Positions 40,582-50,181 of a stretch of 64,000 bases of DNA are shown one piece after another. The position numbers were made by a program, and so were the translations under genes. Under the pieces are notes generated by a model that ran no database searches, had not been told where the DNA came from, and worked only from the letters and a program-made list of their open reading frames with translations. Location: IMG/VR virus record IMGVR_UViG_3300027754_000043; one strand, written 5' to 3'. Within the stretch, counting starts at the first letter, position 1. Every line of letters starts with the position of its first letter. Source of the DNA: a virus (Duplodnaviria; Heunggongvirae; Uroviricota; Caudoviricetes).

Positions 40582-40624
40582 TATATCCTTTTAATTTTTA
40601 ATATAAATATAGTATAAAAAAAAA

Positions 40625-43144
40625 TCATTTTCCAAATGAAAAGAACTTAGCCGCATTATTATTTTCCGGTAATGCGCCCCAACTCATTGCTGCATAGAAA
40701 TCATCTAATTTACCTTTAAGATCTGCTTCAAACATTTTATTTCTATCAATATATGTTTCAACAAATTTTACTAACTCAACTGGATCTTGATATCCTCGCA
40801 ATGCCATTGTCGCAAACCCATATGGATTATTTTTTAGATATACCCATTTTACTTTTTCACCATCAATAATAGGAGTAATATCATTCAATTTATATACCGT
40901 TAACATATCGTTAAAATTAATTGCAGATTTAACGTGTGCCGGAGTACCTGATAGATATCCCGTGAATGGTTTTCTTTTTTTAGTATATTTTGATATAGCC
41001 TTAACTCCAGAATTCTTCATTACATTTAAAACATCTGATTTCTGAATTTGTTGCTTGAAACCTAAAACCATTTCAGATGTTTCTGTTTTATTCTTACCTT
41101 TTAGAATATGCCACAATGTTTCTTTCATGATTTTTTTGAAATCTTCCGGGAAACTAGATCTAACAACATCTAACCCTTTAATATCTAGTTTATCGGTAGG
41201 TTTACCTTCTTTAAAAATAACCCATTGTGCATAACGTTTTTTAGCAATCCATAATCCTGATTTAGCAATGTATTCCTGCTTGATCTGGAATCTATGTGAT
41301 TTTGTATTATGAAATACTTCTGAATATCTATTATACATTCCATTTACTTTGAGTTGTACCTCAGAAGCAATTGCATTGGTTTGTTCAATCATAAATTGTT
41401 CATCATTTGTATCACAACCAGGGAATCGATGACGTATCAATGGCTCACTGCTACAAAACGTTGAATCTGTATCTGTATAAAATGCATATTCTGCTTTATC
41501 ACCACTTGCATTAATAAAATGATTTTGTCCTAATTCTTTTTCATAATGATTATTAATAACCTTAGCCGAAAATTTAATTACACTTTGACCAACTGCCGTA
41601 ATTGCACCTGCATTATCCAAATCATAGAATCTAAATGTTTTTAATCCTAATACTCCATAAAATGAGTTAAGCAATACTTTTTGTGTTAACTGCATTGCAT
41701 CATAAAATTTGTAATCTTCAGATCCTACTTCGAATGTATCACGTTTGTCTTTAAATATAACACGTTCATCAAACCATTTTTCCAAAATAGTTGGTAAGAA
41801 TCCTCGTTGATCATTTCTATACACTGCTCCATTACTTGCAATACTGTATTCATTATCAGACAACCATTGTTTAACATCTGATATTTGAGTACCATCAATT
41901 AATTGTGCTGGTGTGGGATCTGGTGTTAATAAACATTCTTGATTCCAATTTCTTATAACTGTTACTTTAGTTTCTGGAGAAATGTTTATTGTCATGATGA
42001 TACTTGGATATAGTGATGTTAAATCTAAATCGTAAATCCAATTGTATAATCCAGGAATCGGAGGCATTACATATGCACCTGCTAATGCGTCTTGTGCAGT
42101 TTCATCTTCAATAAATCTAAATTGTTTATTTGGTGCAACAAATCCATTTCGTTTCAAATCCACAACCGCAGCACCATCCAAATATTTAGATGCATAATAC
42201 ACATCTTCATAAGGAACGTGTCCTTTATGACAAATTGTTCTTGCTAAACTCAATAATTGCAATTTTTCATCCATTTCATAAACCAAATCAACGTCGGTCA
42301 TGTTATAAAATGCAAACTTGTGAATATCTTGTTCAAACAATGTATCCAAATCACCATCATACTCAACTTTACCTCGTCCTAATTCTTTTTTAGCAACAGT
42401 GTCTAATCGGTAATTTGGAAGTTCTGTATATGTGAAGTTTTTATATAATTTAATGTAATCTAAACTAGATACACCAAATATTTTCCATTTTTCTTTTTTA
42501 GGATTATAATCAACAATTCCAATTGGACTAAATTTCTTAATTGATTGTGCTCCTAATAATTTTTTACATCTGCCTAATAAATATGGAATATCATATCCAT
42601 CAGTGTTCCATCCTGTTATAACAGTTGGTTGAATTTCAGCAAATATATTAATAAAACGAGTTAATAAGTCACGTTCGTCACGAAATATCTCAATAACATA
42701 ACCATCTCCGTTAATCAATTGATCTTTAATGCGTTTACGTTCATCTAATAATAGTACTCGCTTATCTTTGCCTAGTTTATCATAATATGCAATCGCCGTA
42801 ATAGGGCATCGTACGTCTTGTATAGTACCATATCCTAATTCATCTTTTGAGGACTCAATATCAAAGAAGAAATCTCTATGCCCTTTTGAAACCAAATCTG
42901 ATTCAAAATACAAATCAATCAGCGTACGAACTTCCTCATTTAAATCAGATTCATAAGCATTTGGGTTATCTTTTAAATTTTCATTGACACGAGATAATAC
43001 CGTGCCGTCTAATGCTTGATATTGCCCATTTGCATCAGGTAAATATCCATATGGTTTGAATGGAAACTTTTGATATCCTAATTCATCATCCCAGACGTGC
43101 ATGGTGCCTGTTTTTCTTTCGTATGCTATGTTTTGATATGCCAT
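40625..43144 (-). CDS. DNA polymerase, family B
   Basis: Exo I FFDIES, motif A DLTSLYPSII, motif B KVLLNSFYGVLG and motif C YTDTDS are all present. Confidence 0.9.
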   Translation of the reverse strand: MAYQNIAYERKTGTMHVWDDELGYQKFPFKPYGYLPDANGQYQALDGTVLSRVNENLKDNPNAYESDLNEEVRTLIDLYFESDLVSKGHRDFFFDIESSKDELGYGTIQDVRCPITAIAYYDKLGKDKRVLLLDERKRIKDQLINGDGYVIEIFRDERDLLTRFINIFAEIQPTVITGWNTDGYDIPYLLGRCKKLLGAQSIKKFSPIGIVDYNPKKEKWKIFGVSSLDYIKLYKNFTYTELPNYRLDTVAKKELGRGKVEYDGDLDTLFEQDIHKFAFYNMTDVDLVYEMDEKLQLLSLARTICHKGHVPYEDVYYASKYLDGAAVVDLKRNGFVAPNKQFRFIEDETAQDALAGAYVMPPIPGLYNWIYDLDLTSLYPSIIMTINISPETKVTVIRNWNQECLLTPDPTPAQLIDGTQISDVKQWLSDNEYSIASNGAVYRNDQRGFLPTILEKWFDERVIFKDKRDTFEVGSEDYKFYDAMQLTQKVLLNSFYGVLGLKTFRFYDLDNAGAITAVGQSVIKFSAKVINNHYEKELGQNHFINASGDKAEYAFYTDTDSTFCSSEPLIRHRFPGCDTNDEQFMIEQTNAIASEVQLKVNGMYNRYSEVFHNTKSHRFQIKQEYIAKSGLWIAKKRYAQWVIFKEGKPTDKLDIKGLDVVRSSFPEDFKKIMKETLWHILKGKNKTETSEMVLGFKQQIQKSDVLNVMKNSGVKAISKYTKKRKPFTGYLSGTPAHVKSAINFNDMLTVYKLNDITPIIDGEKVKWVYLKNNPYGFATMALRGYQDPVELVKFVETYIDRNKMFEADLKGKLDDFYAAMSWGALPENNNAAKFFSFGK

Positions 43145-43665
43145 TATAATGCGTATATTCTATTTTGGTTTCTTTTTAATTTGTTGTCATCTAAGCCATA
43201 TCCAACTACCCATTCATCATCAATTTCAAATCCATTGAAATCAGATAAAGAAGTTCCATTTTTTCTTTTTAACATAGTTACTACTTTTACCTCAGAAGCC
43301 ATTCGACTATTTACCATAAACAATGCTTCTAAGATTGTAGCACCAGAATCGCAAATATCATCTACAATGTATACTCGTTTTCCTTTAAGATCTACTTCTA
43401 AATCTTTAGTGCATGTAATACCTCCTGAATTGTCTTGACCTTCATATGATTTTAGTCGTATAAAATCTATTTCACAATCAATTGACATAGCTCTAACTAA
43501 ATCTGAAAAGAAATGAATTGAACCATTTAATATGCCTATTACTACCGGTGGTAGTGTGTTATCACTCTGAACGTGATCGATTGAAATTTCCGCACCTAAA
43601 CGATATACCATATCTTGTAAATCTGCAGAATCAAACATTAGTTTACTTGACGCTTTTTCTTCCAT
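43144..43665 (-). CDS. purine phosphoribosyltransferase (HPRT-like)
   Basis: PRPP-binding motif VYIVDDICDSGATI and type I PRTase size and layout. Confidence 0.7.
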   Translation of the reverse strand: MEEKASSKLMFDSADLQDMVYRLGAEISIDHVQSDNTLPPVVIGILNGSIHFFSDLVRAMSIDCEIDFIRLKSYEGQDNSGGITCTKDLEVDLKGKRVYIVDDICDSGATILEALFMVNSRMASEVKVVTMLKRKNGTSLSDFNGFEIDDEWVVGYGLDDNKLKRNQNRIYAL

Positions 43666-43892
43666 ATTCTGTGAATACCATAAATGTTAATAATTATAAT
43701 AATTAAACTGAGTGTCATATGACTGAAATTGTTTATAAATATGTCATATATAATCCATATAAGATCACCAACGATCCATATGGCCATTGCTAACGCAGAT
43801 CTCCCCTTAGCATTAAAATATGCTCCGAGGAGAATCGTTGCGGTACCAACCCACCCTAATATATTAATTAGAAGTAGCATCAAACATTGCAA
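43638..43892 (-). CDS. small membrane protein
   Basis: 84 aa, two strongly hydrophobic helices. Confidence 0.35.
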   Translation of the reverse strand: MQCLMLLLINILGWVGTATILLGAYFNAKGRSALAMAIWIVGDLIWIIYDIFINNFSHMTLSLIIIIINIYGIHRIWKKKRQVN

Positions 43893-44166
43893 TTTCAGAT
43901 TCTCGAATTAAAATATATTCTTCGCCATCCAATTTTACTTTTTTGTGATCACCTAGGTTATTAGCGTGAACTAAAACAACTTGACCTGGTTGAACTGTTA
44001 CTGGGATTCTATCTCCCGTATGAGTAAACAACCCATCTCCTGTTATAATAACATCTGCATATGAATAATCATCCATACCTGTCATAATGATAAGACCACT
44101 CGCAGTTTTATCTGATTTCTTTTGTTCTTTTAATAGAACTTGATCACCAATTGGTTTCCATTTCAT
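43864..44166 (-). CDS. groS: co-chaperonin GroES (Cpn10)
   Basis: 100 aa. MKWKPIGDQVLLK resembles the GroES start (IRPLhDRVlVk), and there is a mobile-loop-like TASGLII. Confidence 0.6.
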   Translation of the reverse strand: MKWKPIGDQVLLKEQKKSDKTASGLIIMTGMDDYSYADVIITGDGLFTHTGDRIPVTVQPGQVVLVHANNLGDHKKVKLDGEEYILIRESEIAMFDATSN

Positions 44167-44182
44167 AACTTATTCCTTTTAT

Positions 44183-44428
44183 TTATTTATTTAACATATC
44201 TTTTACAGCTTGTACTGTAATTTCATTACCTGTTTTTTTATCCAATGCGCTACCATTTAAATCTGTTATTATTATAGTAGGTATATTTCGTATACTATAA
44301 TATTCTGCAATTTTAGGGTCAGCATCTACATCTACATATTTAATTGGCAATCCAGATGCTTGTAATTGTGGTTTTATTGCGTTACATGGACCACACCACT
44401 CTGCTCCAAAATAAATTAATTGTTTCAT
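44183..44428 (-). CDS. thioredoxin/glutaredoxin-like protein
   Basis: WCGPC active site in an 81-aa thioredoxin-fold protein. Confidence 0.75.
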   Translation of the reverse strand: MKQLIYFGAEWCGPCNAIKPQLQASGLPIKYVDVDADPKIAEYYSIRNIPTIIITDLNGSALDKKTGNEITVQAVKDMLNK

Positions 44429-45240
44429 TATACTCCTCTTTTTGTATCAAATGCAATGATATGATCTCTACCTGTCATATTATATCCTCGTTCTGCACAC
44501 ATATCAAACACAATAGGATACATTTTAACTAATTCTTCTCTGGTGTCGCCAGCTGGCATGATATATGTTTTATCTTTAGGTATTTCTAATAAATTTCTAA
44601 AATACTCAATTTCATTCAGATTTTCTGCAGTACCATCCCATACTGGTTTATAATGATAATCTGAATGAAATGAAATCATTGCAGCAATCTCAGCAGCCTT
44701 TAATCTAAACTTATTGTGTTGGTCTATCATCTTTTGATCCGTGATCGAACCTTGTGGCGTAACAGCTCCCAAAACGGGTACACTATTATTGAACTTAGGA
44801 CTAATAGAAAGCAAACCAATTGGATAATCAGTTTCAATATAATGCGACCCCTCTGTTTCAATTGTAATAAGAATATTTCTTTCATGTGCAAAATGCGTAA
44901 GCTCATTTACTAATGCGGGATGCATTGTAGGCGAACCACCTGTTAACATCATTTCTGTAATATGCGGATTTTCATCATATATCTTAATAATATCGTTGAA
45001 AGTGAATGTACCTTTTTCTGGGTGTATACTTGTATACCAAGAGTCACACCAACCACCTTCTCCGAAATAGCATCTATGAGTACAGCCCGTAGTTCTAATT
45101 GCTATAGTAGGTCTACCAAATCTAGATCCTTCTGATTGAACACATCTATATAATTCAATAACCGGTAATGTTTTCGTGTAATCGTCTATTCTTTTCATAT
45201 TCATATTTTCAAAAAGGTAAGTCATCATTATTGGCATCAT
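44428..45240 (-). CDS. QueE-like radical SAM enzyme (7-carboxy-7-deazaguanine synthase)
   Basis: EGSRFGRPTIAIRTTGCTHRCYFGEGGWCDS fits the QueE N-terminal pattern (EG...G.P..F.R..GCnlrC), with a non-canonical Cys spacing of the kind seen in some QueE clades. Confidence 0.6.
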   Translation of the reverse strand: MMPIMMTYLFENMNMKRIDDYTKTLPVIELYRCVQSEGSRFGRPTIAIRTTGCTHRCYFGEGGWCDSWYTSIHPEKGTFTFNDIIKIYDENPHITEMMLTGGSPTMHPALVNELTHFAHERNILITIETEGSHYIETDYPIGLLSISPKFNNSVPVLGAVTPQGSITDQKMIDQHNKFRLKAAEIAAMISFHSDYHYKPVWDGTAENLNEIEYFRNLLEIPKDKTYIMPAGDTREELVKMYPIVFDMCAERGYNMTGRDHIIAFDTKRGV

Positions 45241-45571
45241 ACTCGATAATTGGTTCTTTAGTTAATACTGGAGTATTATATGTATTATTATTAAAATATA
45301 CATCTAAAAAACTACGTTCATATAACATTATTTTACCAGTATATTTCGTTGTACTAACATCTTTAGTTTCAATTTTAGCACCAACCTTTTTTGCATGTTT
45401 ATAAACTTTATCACCGGTACCTTTTTCTGGTGTTTTTCCTCCTAAATACTCAAATATTGATATCATTTCATTGGGTGGTCCTGTTGATACCGCAGTATTA
45501 CTGTTAATTGGTTTAGCTGTAATTGTATATTGCATTCCATTTTCTTGCCAGGTTGTAACTATTCTTTCCAT
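45209..45571 (-). CDS. hypothetical protein
   Basis: 120-aa ORF between QueD and QueE. Confidence 0.4.
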   Translation of the reverse strand: MERIVTTWQENGMQYTITAKPINSNTAVSTGPPNEMISIFEYLGGKTPEKGTGDKVYKHAKKVGAKIETKDVSTTKYTGKIMLYERSFLDVYFNNNTYNTPVLTKEPIIEYDANNDDLPF

Positions 45572-45574
45572 AAT

Positions 45575-45817
45575 TTAGTTATTTGGTTTAACCGTTATTG
45601 TATATTTTCTAGTATAACTAGAATCCTCGTTTTTTACTAACACACCTAATACCGGTATAAATTCGTTAGAATCAAACATAATTGGTGTAACAACAACATT
45701 TAAGTTGGAGTTTTCTAAAGCAACTTTAATTTGTTGAGTTATTGCCATCTCATTAACTTCTACTTTCAATTGATCTTTACTATTCTTCATATATACTTGA
45801 GTTGTTATCGTTTTCAA
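45575..45817 (-). CDS. hypothetical protein
   Basis: 80-aa ORF. Confidence 0.35.
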   Translation of the reverse strand: MKTITTQVYMKNSKDQLKVEVNEMAITQQIKVALENSNLNVVVTPIMFDSNEFIPVLGVLVKNEDSSYTRKYTITVKPNN

Positions 45818-46256
45818 AACACTCTACTTTGATGCACTTACATCTACCAGCATCTGTTTTTGCTAAAACTTCATTGAATTTATCAAAAACTAATTTAGCA
45901 TTACTTTCAGCACCCATTTTATCTAAAAAATGTACTTTACAAATACCTTCCATTGCCATAGTTTCAAATAAATCTCTATATGGATCATCTGATTGAATTA
46001 ATGTAGTATGATCCCACATATGATCCATCCAATCCTTTAAACCATTGCCTTTAGGTGGTGTTTTAAATCCACCGTAGTCAACAATCCAATTCATATCATC
46101 TAATTGGTTGTCAATATCTGGTTCTACCGATGCAAACCAAACTTTGAATTTTAAAGCATATCCATGTAACAACTCGCAATGTGAATGTGATGCTTTCCAT
46201 TGACGAATTGCCACTGAATAATTTTCAAATAATTTTGTTGAAATATAACGTGCCAT
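45780..46256 (-). CDS. QueD-like 6-carboxy-5,6,7,8-tetrahydropterin synthase (T-fold)
   Basis: SVAIRQW...SHCELLHGYALKF matches the QueD Cys-x5-HGH zinc/catalytic motif. Confidence 0.6.
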   Translation of the reverse strand: MARYISTKLFENYSVAIRQWKASHSHCELLHGYALKFKVWFASVEPDIDNQLDDMNWIVDYGGFKTPPKGNGLKDWMDHMWDHTTLIQSDDPYRDLFETMAMEGICKVHFLDKMGAESNAKLVFDKFNEVLAKTDAGRCKCIKVECFENDNNSSIYEE

Positions 46257-46960
46257 TAGTTATTATAACCTTTTACAAATTGATAAAATTCTGATCTTGC
46301 ATTACCATCTTCAAGGAAAGCTCCTGATAGTTTTGCTGTTTTCATAGATGCACCACGATGCTTAACACCTCTACATGATACACAGTTATGAGTTGCCTCA
46401 ATCATTACAGCCACTCCTTGATTATCAGTGATAAGTTGATGAACTGCGTGTTGAATTGCAACTGTTAATTGTTCTTGAATTGCACCTCTTCTGCCGAAAT
46501 TTTCTACTACCCGATTCAATTTACTTAAACCGACAACTTGACCATTTTCTGCTGGAATATATGCAATATGAACTAATCCTTCGATAGTCTGATGATGATG
46601 TGAACACATTGATGTTAATGGAATACCTCCCTCAAATACTATACCGTCATACCCGTCACTAGGAAATGATGTAATGTCTGACATTGGCTCATATCGACCT
46701 TTCCACAAATCATTAACATATGCCTTTGCTACACGTTTAGGTGTATTATCTGAATTCGGATCTTGTTCCCATTCTACCCCTAATGCACGAAGAAATTCAC
46801 CATAATGAAATGCAGCTGATTCAATTATTTCTTGTTTTTCTAGATCAGTTAATTTAGCATCTGGTCCATAAATTGCTTGTTTAGATGCTAATTGAGTTGA
46901 GATACCATTTGCGAAACCTGACTTAACAAGTTCTAAGTTTTTTCTTTGTTCTTTTGTCAT
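46256..46960 (-). CDS. folE: GTP cyclohydrolase I
   Basis: SMCSHHHQ active-site Cys/His cluster and GLSKLNRVVENFGRRGAIQEQLT, characteristic of FolE. Confidence 0.8.
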   Translation of the reverse strand: MTKEQRKNLELVKSGFANGISTQLASKQAIYGPDAKLTDLEKQEIIESAAFHYGEFLRALGVEWEQDPNSDNTPKRVAKAYVNDLWKGRYEPMSDITSFPSDGYDGIVFEGGIPLTSMCSHHHQTIEGLVHIAYIPAENGQVVGLSKLNRVVENFGRRGAIQEQLTVAIQHAVHQLITDNQGVAVMIEATHNCVSCRGVKHRGASMKTAKLSGAFLEDGNARSEFYQFVKGYNN

Positions 46961-47010
46961 AACTTTATTTCTTATCTATATTATAAGATATTTTATTTCA
47001 ATATCCAACC

Positions 47011-47340
47011 TTACATTGTTGGATCACCCGGTGTATCTATACCAGATGCATCATATTTTGTTGTATCGCCGATTATTCTTAATATTATCCGATTAACATC
47101 ATTACCATATTTTCGTTGTAGATATTGTATAATTTCCGTAGAATCAGCATCGTCTAATGCAAACCTAGCATTTAATACTGTATCGTATCTTGTGATATTC
47201 TCAATATCATTAGAATCTTCTAAATCATTTAATAGCTCTTCTAACCAATCCAAATATAGCTCAATAAAATTTTGAGGTCCTATTTCCTCAATTTTATTAA
47301 TATTTGATGTTTCTAATAATAAATTTTTTAAACGTATCAT
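47011..47340 (-). CDS. hypothetical protein
   Basis: 109-aa ORF. Confidence 0.4.
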   Translation of the reverse strand: MIRLKNLLLETSNINKIEEIGPQNFIELYLDWLEELLNDLEDSNDIENITRYDTVLNARFALDDADSTEIIQYLQRKYGNDVNRIILRIIGDTTKYDASGIDTPGDPTM

Positions 47341-47352
47341 ATTATACCTTTA

Positions 47353-49089
47353 CTATCCTTCGCACGCGAGACATTCATTATATAAATCTCTTTGCATTTT
47401 TGAATCAGCTCTTAAATTAGATTCAGATCTTAAATAATACAATGCTTTCAATCCTAACTTCCATGCTTCGATATGAACTTGGTTAATCCATTTTGCTGGA
47501 GCATCTTGGAAGAATGCTAAATTTATACTTTGTCCTTGATCTAAATATTCCTGACGAACTGCTGCTTGTCGAACTAATTCCATTTGATTAATTTCTTTAA
47601 ATGTTAAGAATACTTCTTTTTCTTCTTTATTTAAACATCTAATATTTTGTACAGAACCTTTATCTTCTGATATCTGATCCCATACTTCTGGTAAATTTTT
47701 ACCTTTTTCAATTAATAAATTTTCTAAGTATGGATTTCTTCTAATGTGAAGTCCTTTTGCATCATCATCAACATATACATTTCCAGCTATTGGCTCAACC
47801 CCCTGCGATACTCCACCCGCTAATTTAGATGAACTACGGTTTGGTGCAACTGCTAACAATGTTAAATTACGTCTACCAGTTCCTTCACACCACAATGGAG
47901 ATCCAAATTTTGAACCCATCCATATGGTAGCTTCTTCAGCTTTTTTACGAATATCACCAAATATAAGTCTAGTTAACGATCTCGCTTCTAATCCATGGAA
48001 AGGAATCATTTTAGATTGCAAATATGAATGCCATCCTAATGTACCTAAACCTAATGCTCTCGATTTTTCAGCAAATCTAACTGTATCTTCAATTCCTTTA
48101 ATATCTTTTGCTTTTTCTAAAAATTCAGAAATAACAGCATCTAAGAATAATGTAGCTAAGAAAACAGTATCGGTATCTTTCCAATCTTCGTATTTAGCTA
48201 AGTTTAATGAACTTAAACAACAAACTAATGAATGATTTGAATCAGTTGGTAAAAATATCTCAGAACATAAATTAGAATGATGGATCTTTAAATCATTATT
48301 CTTCCACCATTCTGGTACTACTTTATTTGCATTATCAATGAACATAGTATATGGTTCACCTGTTTTAACACGCTTCTTTAAAGTAGACAACCAAATTTCT
48401 CGTTCTTTACCATTTTTTTCAACAACCTTTTCCATAAACTCATCTGTGAATATTGCACCTTGGTGTATGTTATGACATTGTCGTTGTATTTCGCCTTTTG
48501 GTTCTCTAATTTCTAAAAACTCAGGAAATTCTTCATGTTCTGCATTCAAATAAATTGCTACAGCCCCACGTCTTAAACTTCCTTGTTTAGATGCTAAAAT
48601 CCAAGAGTCATATCCTTTAATAAAAGGAATAATACCATCAGACTTTCCATTTTCGCCATTTTTAATTGGAGATCCGATTGGTCTAACTGATGAAAAATCA
48701 TATGCTGTACCACCACCTGCTTTAGAAAGCATTGACATCTCTGTACTCTTTCTATTTAGCTCAAACATATCATCTCCAACTTTCCCTGAGAAACAAGAAA
48801 TAGGAAGACCTCTATCCGTCCCAAAATTTGCACAAACAGGTGTAGATGGTATTAACCAAAGCTTTGATAATATATCATAAAACTTAGGTTCTAATGTAGG
48901 ATCATTATGAAATTTTGCAGCTGTACTTGCTAATCGTTTATATCCTTGATTTGGCGTTTCTCCTTTTTGTAAATATTCACCTTGAATCGTTGTTAGATAA
49001 AGAGCATTATTTCCTTCAACCGGGAAATCTTCTCCAACTTTCCACCCTAATTTTTTAGCAATTGGATGTGTTTCTATTTTTTCTGTCAT
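47353..49089 (-). CDS. nrdA: ribonucleotide reductase class I large subunit (short form, no ATP-cone)
   Basis: Active-site NLCSEIFLP, a C-terminal Cys pair (ECLACEG), and an adjacent R2 subunit. No VxKRDG ATP-cone motif is visible at the N-terminus. Confidence 0.8.
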   Translation of the reverse strand: MTEKIETHPIAKKLGWKVGEDFPVEGNNALYLTTIQGEYLQKGETPNQGYKRLASTAAKFHNDPTLEPKFYDILSKLWLIPSTPVCANFGTDRGLPISCFSGKVGDDMFELNRKSTEMSMLSKAGGGTAYDFSSVRPIGSPIKNGENGKSDGIIPFIKGYDSWILASKQGSLRRGAVAIYLNAEHEEFPEFLEIREPKGEIQRQCHNIHQGAIFTDEFMEKVVEKNGKEREIWLSTLKKRVKTGEPYTMFIDNANKVVPEWWKNNDLKIHHSNLCSEIFLPTDSNHSLVCCLSSLNLAKYEDWKDTDTVFLATLFLDAVISEFLEKAKDIKGIEDTVRFAEKSRALGLGTLGWHSYLQSKMIPFHGLEARSLTRLIFGDIRKKAEEATIWMGSKFGSPLWCEGTGRRNLTLLAVAPNRSSSKLAGGVSQGVEPIAGNVYVDDDAKGLHIRRNPYLENLLIEKGKNLPEVWDQISEDKGSVQNIRCLNKEEKEVFLTFKEINQMELVRQAAVRQEYLDQGQSINLAFFQDAPAKWINQVHIEAWKLGLKALYYLRSESNLRADSKMQRDLYNECLACEG

Positions 49090-49101
49090 ATATATTAATT
49101 A

Positions 49102-50088
49102 TTAAAATAATTCCTCTGTTTCCCAATCAGCATTTGGTTTTGCATATCCGGTTTCTCTATTAAAAAAGAAGTCTGTTTGTTGTTCACCTGATACTAATAT
49201 ATAAAACCAATCCATTTCTTTAAGCAATTCTTCGTCTACTGGATATGAGTGATTAACTCGTAATTCTTTTAACTTTCTATTTGCTCTATCATACATGAAA
49301 TTTTGAACCTGTGCCTTAGTAATTGTGTCCAAATCACCTAATTTAAACACTTCATCAATAAATGCAAACTCATTTCGTAATGCTAAATCAAATCCAGTAA
49401 TAATATCATATTCCAATTGCGGAGCATATAAACCAGGATTTTCATCAATCAAGGTATTATATAGTTTACACCCAGCTTCTGAATGCAATGATTCATCGCG
49501 AATTGAAAATATCATTTGCTGACCAATTCCTGTCATTAAGTTTTTCTTTCTCAATGATAGCATAATAGCAAAAGAAGAAAACAACTGAATACCCTCGGCA
49601 CATGCACTAAATAATGCTAATGAACGAGCAATGTTAGTTAACGAATCATCATTTTTATCCACATTAATTAATACATCTAATTTGTTCATGATTGTTGGAT
49701 CATGGAGAAATGCTTCATAATCTTCTAAATGCAACACTTCATTTAAATAAGAATATGCTACTGCATGTATTGTTTCAAATGCCCCAAATGTCTGTGCCAT
49801 CATTCGTATCTCAGGTACAGGAAACCAGTTAGTCACATAAGTACTCCAGTAATCTGCAATTTGTGTTTCTGACTGAAAAAATCCTTTAAGAATTTGCCCA
49901 ATAACACTTTTTTCTTTTTCAGACAATTCACTCTTCCAATCAGAAATGTCTTTTTGCATATTAATTTCTTGAAACATCCAATGTGCATTTTGTTGCTGAA
50001 ACCAATAGTCATATGCCCATTGATATCTAAATGGTTTAAATGCTAATCGTGGCGTTAAAAGTTCGCTTTTCTGTGTTGTAACATACAT
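49102..50088 (-). CDS. nrdB: ribonucleotide reductase class I small subunit (ferritin-like R2)
   Basis: Di-iron ferritin-like pattern (E...E..H repeats, e.g. FETIHAVAY and DESLHSEAG) and a C-terminal acidic tail. Confidence 0.8.
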   Translation of the reverse strand: MYVTTQKSELLTPRLAFKPFRYQWAYDYWFQQQNAHWMFQEINMQKDISDWKSELSEKEKSVIGQILKGFFQSETQIADYWSTYVTNWFPVPEIRMMAQTFGAFETIHAVAYSYLNEVLHLEDYEAFLHDPTIMNKLDVLINVDKNDDSLTNIARSLALFSACAEGIQLFSSFAIMLSLRKKNLMTGIGQQMIFSIRDESLHSEAGCKLYNTLIDENPGLYAPQLEYDIITGFDLALRNEFAFIDEVFKLGDLDTITKAQVQNFMYDRANRKLKELRVNHSYPVDEELLKEMDWFYILVSGEQQTDFFFNRETGYAKPNADWETEELF

Positions 50089-50117
50089 AATGTAATCTTC
50101 TTCTTTATTTATAAAAA

Positions 50118-50150
50118 CAGTTTTTAGACAAAAAAAGGACCGGGTATTTC
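50118..50150 (-). terminator. rho-independent terminator
   Basis: The minus strand reads GGUCCGAGUAGAAAUACCCGGUCC followed by UUUUUUUGUC, downstream of the helicase gene. Confidence 0.5.
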
Positions 50151-50181
50151 TACTCGGACCTTATTTAGTATATATATCGTT

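Noticed and set aside
44428-45240. Alternative reading of the radical SAM protein as an anaerobic RNR activase (NrdG) rather than QueE
   Set aside because: There is no class III RNR (nrdD) in the window. The N-terminal EG..G.P..F.R..GC context and the adjacency to FolE/QueD favour QueE. A profile search should confirm this.
47353-49089. RNR alpha being a class II (B12-dependent) enzyme, because of its short length
   Set aside because: A ferritin-like R2 subunit is encoded immediately downstream, which is diagnostic of class I. The short length is explained by absence of the N-terminal ATP-cone.
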